From positions 68,215 to 132,214 of the forward strand of contig CAWHUD010000005.1 of NCBI GenBank assembly GCA_963832505.1: 64,000 nucleotides of DNA. Reading direction: 5' to 3'. The notes under the pieces are model-generated. The model searched no databases. It worked only from the letters and a program-made list of their open reading frames with translations, and was not told the DNA's origin. Positions 9,311 through 19,120 of this stretch are shown here, in pieces; within the stretch, counting starts at the first letter, position 1, and every line of letters starts with the position of its first letter. The stretch is from an uncultured Pseudomonadota bacterium (lineage in GTDB: Bacteria; Pseudomonadota; Gammaproteobacteria; Steroidobacterales; Steroidobacteraceae). The position numbers and the translations under genes were made by a program.

Positions 9311-11374
9311 CCCGGCTCCGCGGGTTCGACCGGCAATGTGAGCGTGAAGCGCGTGTAGTCGTCCGCGGTGCGCGCGGCGGTGATGCTGCCTCCGTGCCGC
9401 TCGACGATGGACCGTGAGATCCACAATCCCAGTCCCAGTCCGCCAGGTTCCGGCTCGTGCGAGCCGCCACGCTTGAAGCGTTCGAAGATGCTCACCGCGT
9501 CGCCTTCCGGCAGTCCCGGACCCGCGTCTTCCACCCACGCGGTCACCTGGTTGCCCGCGACTCGCGCGCCGACGCGCACTGCCGTGCCTTCCGGCGCGAA
9601 CTTGCTGGCGTTGGCGATGAGGTTGACGAACACCTGCGTGAGCCGCGTGGCGTCGCCCTGCAGCGTGAGCGTCTCCGGCACGTCGACCTCGAGCGCCTGG
9701 CGGCGCTGTCGCAGCAGTGCCTCGACCAGCACGCGCGCGTCTTCGATCACGTCCTTGAGCTCGATGCTCTGGCGGCGCACGTCGAGCTGGCCGGATTCGA
9801 TGCGCACGCTCTCGAGCAGGTTGTCGATGAGCCTCGTGAGCCGCAACGTCCCGCGTTCGAGGGAAAGAACCAGTTCCTCCAGCTTCTCGGGCGGACTGGT
9901 CTTGAGCCCCTCGCGCAGCAACTCGATCGAGGCGAGCTGCGCCGCGAGCGGCGTGCGGAATTCGTGGCTGACATTGGCCAGCACGGAATCGCGTGCGCGC
10001 CGCACGCCTTCGAGCTCGGTCTCATCGCGCATCACCTGCACCTGCATGCCGTCGACGATGCGCGAGCTGGTGATCACGGTCTGGCGATTGCCGGAACTCG
10101 TCTGGAGCTGTTCGACCGATTGCGCGCTGCCGGATTGACGCGCACGCAGGATCGGGCAGGCCGTGGTGGTGCAGGGACGTGTGCCATTGGGGCCGCAGGG
10201 CTTGAGCACGTCGCCGCAGAATTTGCCGATGGCGTCCGCGGCTTCGATGCCGAGCAGGCGCGCAGCCTGTGGATTCAGGTAGCGGATATTGCGTTCCTGG
10301 TCGACGGCGTACACACCTTCGACGACCGCCTCAAGCACCACCTGCGCCTCGGCCTCGCGCTGGCGCAGCTCCGTGTTGACGTCCACGAGATTGCGGCGCA
10401 TGTCGTCCATGGTGCGCGCCAGCTGGCCGATCTCGGCCGGTCCGGCGGTGGGAATGGAAGTCGCAAAGTCGCCCTGTCCCAGCCGCATGGCCGCATGGGT
10501 AAGCGCCTCGGTGGGACGCGTGACGCGCCAGCCCAGCAACCAGCCGGCGGCGATGGCCAGCACTCGCGAATACGAATGCCGTGATGATGAGGCGCCAGAC
10601 CAGCGCGCTCACGCTGCGGTCGGTTTCCTGGGACGAGGCCCGCGTCTCGATGAGGGCGATGCCCTCCCCGTTCGACGACATGATGGGAAAGCTCGACGCG
10701 TACAGCCCGAGCGTGTCGATGCGCTGCACGGCGAAACGCCCGTCGGTGAGCGCCTGGGAATGCAGCGACGTGAACTCGTTGTCGGCCTTCGCGGCGTAGG
10801 CGCGGTAATTGAGGATCTGCACCGGCAGGCCCGAATGCACCGACAACACCTTCGCGAGGTCGTCGTCGAGCAGGTGCACCACCATGACGCTGAACGAGGA
10901 GTATTGCGCAGGTAGTTTGGCCGAGGCGCCGATGAACGAGAATTGCGTGCCGCCTGGCGCCGCCATGAAACGCTCACCCTGCTCCGATGCCACGGTGAAC
11001 AGCTGGGTCCACGGCAGGTCGGCGCGAGTCGTGGCAACCAGCTGCGCCCCGTCGAAGACGGCGCAGGCATCGAGCTCGCTGGTCTCGCAGAAACGGCGCA
11101 GGAAGGGCGTGACTGCCTCACGCCCGGGTTCGCCGATCAGGCGGCGCAGCGGCGGCCGGTCGGCCAGCACGCGCGCATAGGTGAGTGTGTCCTCGGCCAT
11201 GCGCGTGATCTCGGCGCGCGAGTTGGCGCCGGCGAGCTGCACGCGGGTCTTCTGCTGGCTGTCGGCCAGCTCGCGCAGCATGTCGATGGCGAAGTAGGAA
11301 ATTCCCGCCGCCACCAGCAGCACGATGGCCACGTTGCTGGCTGCCAGCCACCACCCGAGACTGTTGCGTTTCAT
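9307..11374 (-). pseudogene. sensor histidine kinase (TM, about 270-aa periplasmic Cache-like domain, TM, HAMP, Cys-rich PAS, HisKA, HATPase); one frame change as assembled
   Basis: The N-terminal part lies in the frame of ORF 10331-11995: [28 protein letters not shown] ... [15 protein letters not shown] frame change occurs near 10565. ORF 9307-10563 follows with HAMP, PAS (KFCGDVLKPCGPNGTRPCTTTACP), SHEFRTPL and GLGLGLWISRSIVERHGG. ATG 11374 overlaps the cysW stop (ATGA). Confidence 0.85.
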
Positions 11375-12250
11375 CGTCGGCGGTACCCGGTGCCCCGCTC
11401 CACCAGCGTCTTGATGATCAGCGTGACGACGGCGAGCAGCGACAACATGGAGGCCACGGCGAATGCACCGACGAAGTTGTATTCGTTGTAGAGGTTTTCG
11501 ATTTGCAGCGGCATCGTCGTCGTCAGTCCACGGATGTTGCCGGAAACGACCGAGACGGCGCCGAATTCGCCCATCGCGCGCGCGTTGCAGAGTATGACGC
11601 CGTACACGAGCCCCCAGCGGATGCGCGGCAGCGTAACACGAAAGAACGTGAACCAGCCGCCGGCGCCCAGCGTGATCGCCGCCTCTTCTTCGTCGTTGCC
11701 GAGCTGCTGCATCAGCGGGAATCAGCTCGCGCGCCACGTACGGGAAAGTCACGAACATCGTGGCGAGCATGATGCCGGGCAGCGCGTAAACGACGCTGAT
11801 CTCGTGCTCCTGCAGCCAGGCGCCGAACCAGCCATTGAGGCCGAACAACAATACATAGATGAGTCCCGAGACCACGGGCGACACCGCCAGCGGCAGGTCG
11901 ATCAGCGTGATGAGGAAGCTCTTGCCGCGGAACTCGAACTTCGCGATACACCAGGCCGCGGTGATGCCGAAGACCGTGTTCATGCGGCACGACAATGGCC
12001 GCGGTGATCAGCGTGAGGCGGATCGCCGCACGCGTGTCGGGATCGCGCGAAGCTGGAAAAATAGGCCTCCCAGCCATTCCCAGCGCGGTGGCGAATACTG
12101 CCGCGAGCGGTGCCGCCAGCAGCGCGCCGAGGAAAAGCGAGCGACACGCTGATCAGCAGCCAGCGCACCAGCGTTGCGCGCAGGTTGGTGTGCCCGGGAC
12201 GGCTGGCGAGCTCGGCGGCATGCTCGGCGGAATTCGACGGGACCGGCCAT
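11371..12250 (-). pseudogene. cysW: sulfate/thiosulfate ABC transporter permease CysW; several frame changes as assembled
   Basis: Pieces lie in at least 4 frames: RWLLISVSLAF / GWEAYFSSF / [20 protein letters not shown] / [57 protein letters not shown] / [57 protein letters not shown]. Collinear with E. coli CysW. The 5' end is approximate. Confidence 0.8.
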
Positions 12251-13100
12251 CAGCGGGACCTCATCGCGCACCATCATGCGTTTGCGGCCCCACACCTGCA
12301 GCAGGTTGATGGCAAGCAGCATCACGAACGAGATGGCGAGCATGACGCAGCCCAAAGCCGCGGCGCCCGCGTAGTCGAACTCCTCGAGCCGGATCACGAT
12401 GAGGTACGGCGTGATTTCGGTCTTCATCGGCATGTTGCCGGCAATGAAGATCACCGAGCCGTATTCACCGACGGCGCGCGCGAAGGCAAGCGTGAAGCCC
12501 GTGAGCAACGCCGGCAGCACGGTCGGCACGATGATGCGCCGGAACACGTAGAACCGGCCGGCGCCGAGCGTCTCGGCGGCGTCCTCGAGATCGCGCTGCA
12601 CCTCCGCGATCGCCGGCTGCACGGTGCGCACCACGAACGGCATGCCGATCAGCGTCAGTGCCACGGTGATGCCGATCCACGTGTATGCCACCTTGATGCC
12701 GAGCGGTTCGAGGTACTGGCCGATCCAGCCGTTGCCGGCAAACACGGCGGTCAGTGCGATGCCCGACACCGCGGTCGGGAGTGCGAACGGCATGTCGATG
12801 ATGGCGTCGACGAATTTGCGGCCAGGAAAGTCGTAGCGCACCAGCGTCCAGGCGAGCGCGAAACCGAATACCATGTTCATGCTCGCGGCGATCAGCGAGG
12901 CGCCGAACGACAACCGGTAGGACGCGACCGCGCGCGGACTGGTGATGACGTCGACGAAACGCGAGAAATCCATGCCCGCGGCCTTGAGGATCAGCGCGGC
13001 CAGCGGAATCAGCACGATGGCGCACAGGAAGAAGGTGGTGAATCCCAGCGTGATTCCGAATCCCGGAATGACGTTGGGCTCGCGCTGCGCCGACCTTCAT
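12250..13100 (-). pseudogene. cysT: sulfate/thiosulfate ABC transporter permease CysT(CysU); frame changes near both ends as assembled
   Basis: PNVIPGFGITLGFTTFFLCAIVLIPLAALILKAAG..IIDMPFALPTAVSGIAL..DLEDAAETLGAGRFYVFRRIIVPTVLPALLTGFTLAFARAVGEYGSVIFIAGN. ATG 13100 is one base out of frame with the body. The true stop is obscured near 12250-12290. Confidence 0.8.
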
Positions 13101-14875
13101 GCGGCGTGCTCGGTGGCGCGCAGTCCCACGTCAGGTTGCCGGAAGACGATCAGCACTGGCCAGCCCGGCTGCGCCGCGAGCAGGTTGCGGTATGCGCGTG
13201 ACCGCCTGCGTGATGTCGGTGATGCCCAGCACCAGCATCTGGGCGGAGCCGGCCGAGAGATTGCGCGTGATTTCGCTCACCGCCTCGCCGATGGCGAGTT
13301 CGGTGCGCATCTCGAGGCCGTGCCGCTGCTGCGCTTCCACGCGTGCGTCGAGCAGCTTGCGCATCGGTGCCGCGCGGCCCGTGGCCGGCGAACCTTCCGG
13401 GACGATCCCGAGGTATACGGCCTCAGCCGAGACATGGCGCAGCAGGCTCGCGGACACCGCCAGGGTCGCGCGGCGCACGGCTTCGTCGCTCCAGTGAATG
13501 TAGACCCGCGTCGGGCTCGGCGCATTTTTCGGCAGCACCAGCACTTCGGCCGCGCCATGTTGCAGCAGCCATTCCACCGTGGCCGCGGCATTGTCACCGC
13601 CGGCAATGGCTGCCACACCGGCGAGCGGCGCCGGGCGTGTCCTTGAGTCCGTCGATGGCGCGCACACTCACGCGAGTCTTCATGCGCGTCGAGAGGCTCT
13701 CGAGCAGCGGCTCACGCGCCAGCTCCTCGGCTTCCGCCTCGGTGGGAGCACAGGCGAGGAAGCTCGAAATCGGCGTGGGCAGCACGTGCAGTCGACGCGC
13801 ACCGAGCGCCACCTGGGTGCCGGCGCGCAGCGGCAAGCCACGCCGTTCGGGCTGCGTGCGCGTGATTTCCACCCGGGCTTCGGCGGCACTGCCCGAACCC
13901 AGCAACTGCGCAGCGCAGGGTTCATCGAGCAGGCGCACGCGCAGGCGTTCGAGCGCGCCCGTGAAGGCGATCTCCTCGACGGCGCCGCGCGCGATGTAAT
14001 TCGAGGACAGTTGCTCGCGTGTCTGGGCAACTTCCACTTCCTCGGGACGCAGCACCGCGACCACCTCGTGTTCGCGCCCCGCGTACATGCGGTTCCGTGG
14101 CCTCGGCGGTGACGGGCGTGGCGCCGAAACGGATGCCGTCGGCGCCCTGGCGCGCGAGCAGCAGGTTGGCGGCGCCGAGAAACGTGGCGACGAAGCGCGT
14201 GGCAGGCTGCGCGTACAGATCGTGCGGGTGTCCGACCTCCAGCAGTCGGCCGTGATTCATCACGCCGATGGTGTCGGCCAGTGCGAAGGCCTCTTCCTGG
14301 TCGTGCGTGACCAGCACCGTGGTGATGCCGAGCTCGCGCTGCACCGCGCGGATGGTCCGGCGCAGTTCTTCGCGGATCTTGGCGTCGAGGGCGCCGAAGG
14401 GTTCGTCGAGCAGCAACACCTGCGGCTTGTGCGCCAGCGCACGCGCCACGGCCACGCGCTGCTGCTGGCCGCCGGAGAGCTGGCCAGGCAGGCGTTCGTC
14501 GAGGCCCTCGAGCGCGACCAGTTTGAGCAATTCCTTGCGCCGCGCGACACGCTCGGCGCGCTTCATGCGCCGCACGCGCAGCGCGAACTCGATGTTGTCG
14601 GCCACGGTCATGTGGCGGAACAACGCGTAGTTCTGGAACACCAGGCCAACACCGCGATCGCGGGCCCGGACGTGGGTCACGTCGCGCCCGTGCATCGAAA
14701 TGCGGCCATGATCGATGCCGGTGAGACCCGCGATGGCGCGCAACAGGGTGCTCTTGCCGCTGCCCGAAGGCCCCAGGAGCACGAAGAACTCGCCTTCGCC
14801 GACCTCTATCGATACGTCGTTGACAACCGGTTGATCCTGGTACCGCTTGGTGACTTGGTCGAGGGCAATGGACAT
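13097..14875 (-). pseudogene. cysA: sulfate ABC transporter ATPase CysA with a C-terminal USP-like extension; about 3 frame changes as assembled
   Basis: MSIALDQVTKRY. Walker A GPSGSGKST, LSGGQQQRVAVARAL, Walker B VLLLDEPFGALD, VTHDQEE, then a TOBE-like region. The reading continues without a stop into about 230 aa with universal-stress-protein-like strands (..MLVLGITD..PVLIVFRQ). Pieces are 13922-14908, 13594-14088, 13131-13667 and a short last frame. TGA 13097-13099 overlaps the cysT ATG. Confidence 0.8.
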
Positions 14876-15056
14876 GAAGGGCCGCGTGGCAAAAAACCGG
14901 GCCGCCATGCTATCAGCGCGCCGGTAGTAGCCCGAGTAACGCAGCGGTTACAATCCGGTCACAACAGCGCGGAACTTATTGATCCGGCTGGACGACTAAC
15001 GAGCACGCTTTTAGTCCACAATCATTCGGTCTTGGCACCGAAGCGAGAATTCCTGC

Positions 15057-15929
15057 ATGGCCACCGAGAACAATGCGCCGCTGTCCCTCGAAAAGACCGT
15101 CACCGGGCGCCAGGAACGACCCCACTGGGTCCTGGACGACGCGGTCTACAGCATCAGCGCACTGCTGCTCGCGGTCATCGTCATGCACAGCATCTGGACC
15201 CTGATCATCCGACCGCGCGCCGAGGCGGTGTTGTCCCAGCGCATCACGATCACCAACTCCAGCAACGTCAAGGCGCAGGTCATCCAGCTGCGCTCGGTGT
15301 ACGTCATCCTCAAGGACCACGAGCAGGAGCTGTGCGTCATCCTGTGCATGTGGTCGCTGCTGCTGCTCGGGCGCCAGGCCTGGCTCACGCAGAGGGATCG
15401 CACGCTGCTCGACAAGGACTATGTGCGCATCGGCGAAGCGCAGGTGGTGCTGCCAGAAGATGCGCGCGTCCATTCGCGGCCGCTCGAAGCCTTGCCGCGC
15501 CAGGAACAGGATGGCTTCCTGCCGCGCCTGCTGATGGTGGCGTACAACCGCTTCGGCGCCACGCGCAGCGTGCAGGACGCCGCCGAAGCGGTGCGCGACG
15601 AGTGTGAATTCGAAGCGGCGAGCATGGACACCAAGCTCTCGATGGTGAGGTTCACCGCCTGGGCCATCCCGGCCGTGGGCTTCGTCGGTACGGTGCGCGG
15701 CATCGGCGCCGCACTGCAGGAAGCCCAGGGTGCCATGGGTGGCGACATCTCCGGCGTGACCATGGGCCTCGGCATCACCTTCAATGCCACGCTCACCGCG
15801 CTGGTCTGCTGCATCATCGTGATGTTCTGGATGCACCAGCTCCAGCAGTACCAGGACCGCCTGGTGCTCGACGGCCGCACCTACGTCGACCGGCAGCTGC
15901 TGCGCAAGATGCGCGTCGTCTCCAAGTAG
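15057..15929 (+). CDS. MotA/TolQ/ExbB proton-channel family protein (no partner subunit adjacent)
   Basis: Intact 290-aa ORF with 3-TM topology. TM1 is VYSISALLLAVIVMHSIWTLII, followed by a long cytoplasmic loop. The family signature spans TM2/TM3: FTAWAIPAVGFVGTVRGIGAAL ... ITFNATLTALVCCIIVMFWMHQL. Confidence 0.7.
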   Translation: MATENNAPLSLEKTVTGRQERPHWVLDDAVYSISALLLAVIVMHSIWTLIIRPRAEAVLSQRITITNSSNVKAQVIQLRSVYVILKDHEQELCVILCMWSLLLLGRQAWLTQRDRTLLDKDYVRIGEAQVVLPEDARVHSRPLEALPRQEQDGFLPRLLMVAYNRFGATRSVQDAAEAVRDECEFEAASMDTKLSMVRFTAWAIPAVGFVGTVRGIGAALQEAQGAMGGDISGVTMGLGITFNATLTALVCCIIVMFWMHQLQQYQDRLVLDGRTYVDRQLLRKMRVVSK

Positions 15930-15952
15930 TTTCATCGTTGCCGCGGGACGAT

Positions 15953-16431
15953 GCTGCGTCGATCCTTCGTGATTGCTGGTGGCCGGCGTTATCGCCCTGC
16001 CCGCCGCCGCAGCACCGATACGAACTCGGCACGTTGACCATCACGCACCCCTGGTCGCGCACCGACCGCGCCCGGCATGCCGATGGGTGTCGCCTATCTG
16101 ACCATCACCAACAACGGCAAGGTGCCCGATGCACTGGTCGCCGCCAGCACGCCGGTCGCGGCCCGCGTCGAATTTCACCAGACCATCGATTGCCGACGGC
16201 ATGGCGCGCATGCGCCCGCTGCAGGAGATCGTCGTCGCGCCCGGCAAGACGCGTGAAGATCGAGCCCGGCGGCATTCATCTCATGCTGGTGGATCTCGAG
16301 TCAGCGCTGGTCACTGGCAAGCCGGTGCCGCTTACGCTGGAGTTTCGCGTCGCCGGACGAATCACCGTCGAACTCAGCGTCGAAACGGGCGATTCCCACC
16401 GGCAGCGGAACACTCGCAGCCACCGAAGTGA
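15953..16431 (+). pseudogene. periplasmic copper chaperone PCu(A)C (DUF461 family); about 3 frame changes as assembled
   Basis: Stitched from three frames: MLRRSFVIAG.. signal / YELGTLTITHPWSR / PGMPMGVAYLTITNNGKVPDALVAASTPVAARVEFHQT / ADGMARMRPLQEIVVAPGKT / VKIEPGGIHLMLVDLESALVTGKPVPLTLEFRVAGRITVELSVE. The 3' end is uncertain (16431 or 16465). Confidence 0.7.
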
Positions 16432-16625
16432 GTGTTGCGCGCCGGCATCGCCGCAGAGAGTGTAGGACAGCGCGCCATCAACTAACTACTTGGACAGCTC
16501 GACGCATAGCACCCGACGCAGTTTTTTCCTGCGCAGCTGCAATACTTGCCGTTCGACCGCAAACCCGGAAAAATGAAATCCGCCCTGTCGGCCTGCGCCA
16601 ACGTATTTGTTGCCCGTTCGCATCG

Positions 16626-16641
16626 TGGCCCGCTCCTTGCA
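16626..16641 (+). promoter_or_regulatory. candidate sigma-54 (RpoN) -24/-12 promoter TGGCCCGCTCCTTGCA
   Basis: Matches the consensus TGGCACG-N4-TTGCW with exact GG/GC spacing and one mismatch (A to C at -22). It lies 38 nt upstream of the ATG (16679) of the first paralogue of the array. Confidence 0.55.
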
Positions 16642-16678
16642 GTCAGATTTACTACAGCGGGTGACACCGGCAGGTTTC

Positions 16679-18891
16679 ATGCGGTTCGCGGTTTCTTGTT
16701 GCATTGCTCAGCGCTTTGTGTGCCAGCGCGGCTGGGGCGCGTCCCGTCACGGTCGAGCAACTGTCGACCTTTGGCACGCCTGATCCGGTTTACGACGGCT
16801 TCGCCGTCGATGTCGCTATCGACGGCGATTACGCCATCGTCACCGCGGGACGCACCGTGCCGGATCCCGGCGGCGATCCATTCCTCGACTGAGAATTTCC
16901 AAACAGCCTTCCTGTTCCTGCGCAGCGGCATACGCTGGAACGTGGTGCGCCGGCTCAACGAATACGAGCAAGAGCCCGATTTCGAGATACCGGTCGCGGT
17001 GGCCATGCAGAATGGCATCGCGGCGGTGCAGGGACTCGAACACCGACATCTGGGAACTGACACCGGGCGGCTGGGTGCAGTCGCCTGCAGAGCTCGCGCT
17101 CGAGGCGCCAGGTCCGGGTCTGTCCATCGACGGCGGGCGGTTCCTCAGCGGGGACGGCAGCGGGCCGTGGAATGCCAGCGTTCTCGAGAAAGACGCAACC
17201 AGCGTGTGGCGCACCTCCGCAGTCCTGCGGGGCAAGATGCGCCGCGACGGCATCGACGATGAGTTTCGAGGCGGTCCCGCGGACCTCTCGGGCGACTGGG
17301 CCGTGGTCCATCAGCCTGACGGCGAGGACGATCCGGTGCCCGAAACCTACATTTTTCACGATTACGGCGGGACCACGGGCTGGAACGAGCAAGCCCTATG
17401 GCAGCGCGCAGCGACCCGCCGGTGCCACGCTCTTCGGCCCGGAAGTCGCAATCCGCTGGCCGGACGTTTTCGTCGCCGGCGGCGATGAGTCGGGCACCTA
17501 CGTGTTCCGGGAAATTCCCGCACAGGGATTCCATCTCGCCACGCGCATCCAGGCGCTCGACAGTTTCATGGGCTCGGGACCGGCCGGCTCGTTTGCCAAA
17601 TCCGCGGAGTTCCTGCTGCAGCACGCCTGGAGCCACGACCGCAATGTCTTCGTCGTGAACGTGTTCCGCCAGCTCGCTGACTCGACCTACGAACATGTCG
17701 CGGTGCTGGCCGCGAAGAACGGCGAGTCGCTGGGGCACGCGATTTCCATCAGCGGCCGTCGCGTGCTGGTGGGCAACAACGGCAATGGGCTGGTGCATTA
17801 CTTCGAGATACCCGCAAACCTCGCCTCGCCGCAGCGTATCGAGGACAATTTCGCGACCGGCAACGGCACGGGCTGGACGACCAGCGCCGGCAGCCAGTTC
17901 TTCACCGCGCCACGCGGCAATCACGCGCGCCTATCGCCAGCTCAACATGAACCTGGTGGCGCGCGCCGTGCTCGACGCCAGCGATTTCCGCAGCCAGTCC
18001 ATCGAAGCGGATCTGCGCCAGATCAACTCGGCGGCGGGTGGTGGAGTCGGCCTCGCCACCCGTTTCCAGGGACCGGAAAACTTCTTCGACGTCATCCTGC
18101 GCAACAACGGGCGCGTCGAGTTGCGGCGCATGGCGGGCGGCACACTGCGCGTGCTGGCCGCGGCGGCGTTCCCATTCGCGCCCAATCGTTACTACCGCGT
18201 GCGACTCGAATCCGTGGGCACGCTGCACCGCGTATTCATCGACGGTCGCCTGATCCTCGATGCGGACAGTGCCGGCCCGACTCATGGCCGCGCCGCACTG
18301 GTCACGGACCGCTCCCAGGGCGAGTTCGACAACGTGATCGTCAGTCCGACACTGCATACCACGCTGTATGCCAACGACTTCGAGGGTGACTCGGCCGGAC
18401 CCTGGACACACACCGGTGTCGGCCTGTGGCACCTGTGGAGCGGATTGTCGAGCATGTATTACCAGAGCTCGATCGCCGGCGACGCACGCGCCAGCATCGG
18501 CGTGCCGACGAACGACCAGATCGTGCGCGTGCGCGCCCGCCTGGATACCTTCGCCACCGCCACCGGTACGCAGGAACGCTGGTTCGGCCTCATGGCGCGT
18601 CACGTGGATCCGCGCAACTACTATTACCTTTCGCTGCGCAACTCCAACACCGTGTCATTGCGAAAAGTCGTGAATGGCAACATCACGGTCCTGAAGAACG
18701 CGGCTTTCACCGTGCGCCCGACCACCTGGTACCAGCTCAGGCTCGATGCCATCGGCAATCACCTGCGTGTGTATGTCGACGGCAATCTGCTGCTCGAAGC
18801 GACCGATGCATCACTTCCCACCGGCAATTCGGGCCCGGTGATGTTCAAGGCCGCCGTCGACTACGACGACTTCCTCGCCTATCAACCCTGA
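16679..18891 (+). pseudogene. secreted FG-GAP-like beta-propeller + 2x LamG/ConA-like (DUF1080-type) protein, paralogue A; about 5 frame changes as assembled
   Basis: Signal peptide MRFAVS../..LSALCASAAGA. VDVAIDGDYAIVTAG, QTAFLFLRSGIRWNVV, ISISGRRVLVGNNG, FEIPANLASP, then two lectin-like modules ending ...GPVMFKAAVDYDDFLAYQP*. Collinear with 19121-21343. Frame changes near 16695, 16885, 17045, 17395 and 17925. Confidence 0.7.
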
Positions 18892-18919
18892 AATTCACCC
18901 ACGGCCTGCGGGGGATCTC

Positions 18920-19085
18920 ATGTTCGCCATTCGCACTGTAGTCGCAACGCTGCTCGGCTGTGCACTTGCCGGCACCGCCGCGGCGGCCCGCCCGCTGATC
19001 CGGATCACTCGCACGCGGTTCGGGTGGGCTGGTGACATTCAAGGCCGCCGCGAACTTCGACAACTACGACGCCTATCAACCCTGA
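18920..19085 (+). pseudogene. collapsed remnant of a fourth paralogue (signal peptide joined to the last ~29 codons, out of frame)
   Basis: 18920-18995 encodes MFAIRTVVATLLGCALAGTAAAARPL, matching the family N-termini. A different frame at 18999-19085 reads SGSLARGSGGLVTFKAAANFDNYDAYQP*, which matches the family C-terminus (..TGNSGPVMFKAAVDYDDFLAYQP*). Confidence 0.7.
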
Positions 19086-19120
19086 AACTTCCTGTCATGG
19101 CAGCCGTGAGGTAACCATTC

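Noticed and set aside
10331-11995. 554-aa track ORF joining cysW-like and kinase-like sequence in one frame
   Set aside because: It is a chimera. The cysW stop (11371-11373) and the kinase ATG (11372-11374) overlap in other frames. The long ORF exists only because this frame lacks stops.
15033-15048. TGGCAC hexamer just upstream of the MotA-like gene (possible sigma-54 -24 box)
   Set aside because: The -12 position reads CGAG rather than TTGC, and the motif ends only about 10 nt before the ATG.
16409-16436. AACACTC..GAGTGTT inverted repeat at the end of the PCu(A)C gene
   Set aside because: It has a 7-bp stem, a 14-nt loop and no T-run. It lies inside or at the uncertain 3' end of the coding region.
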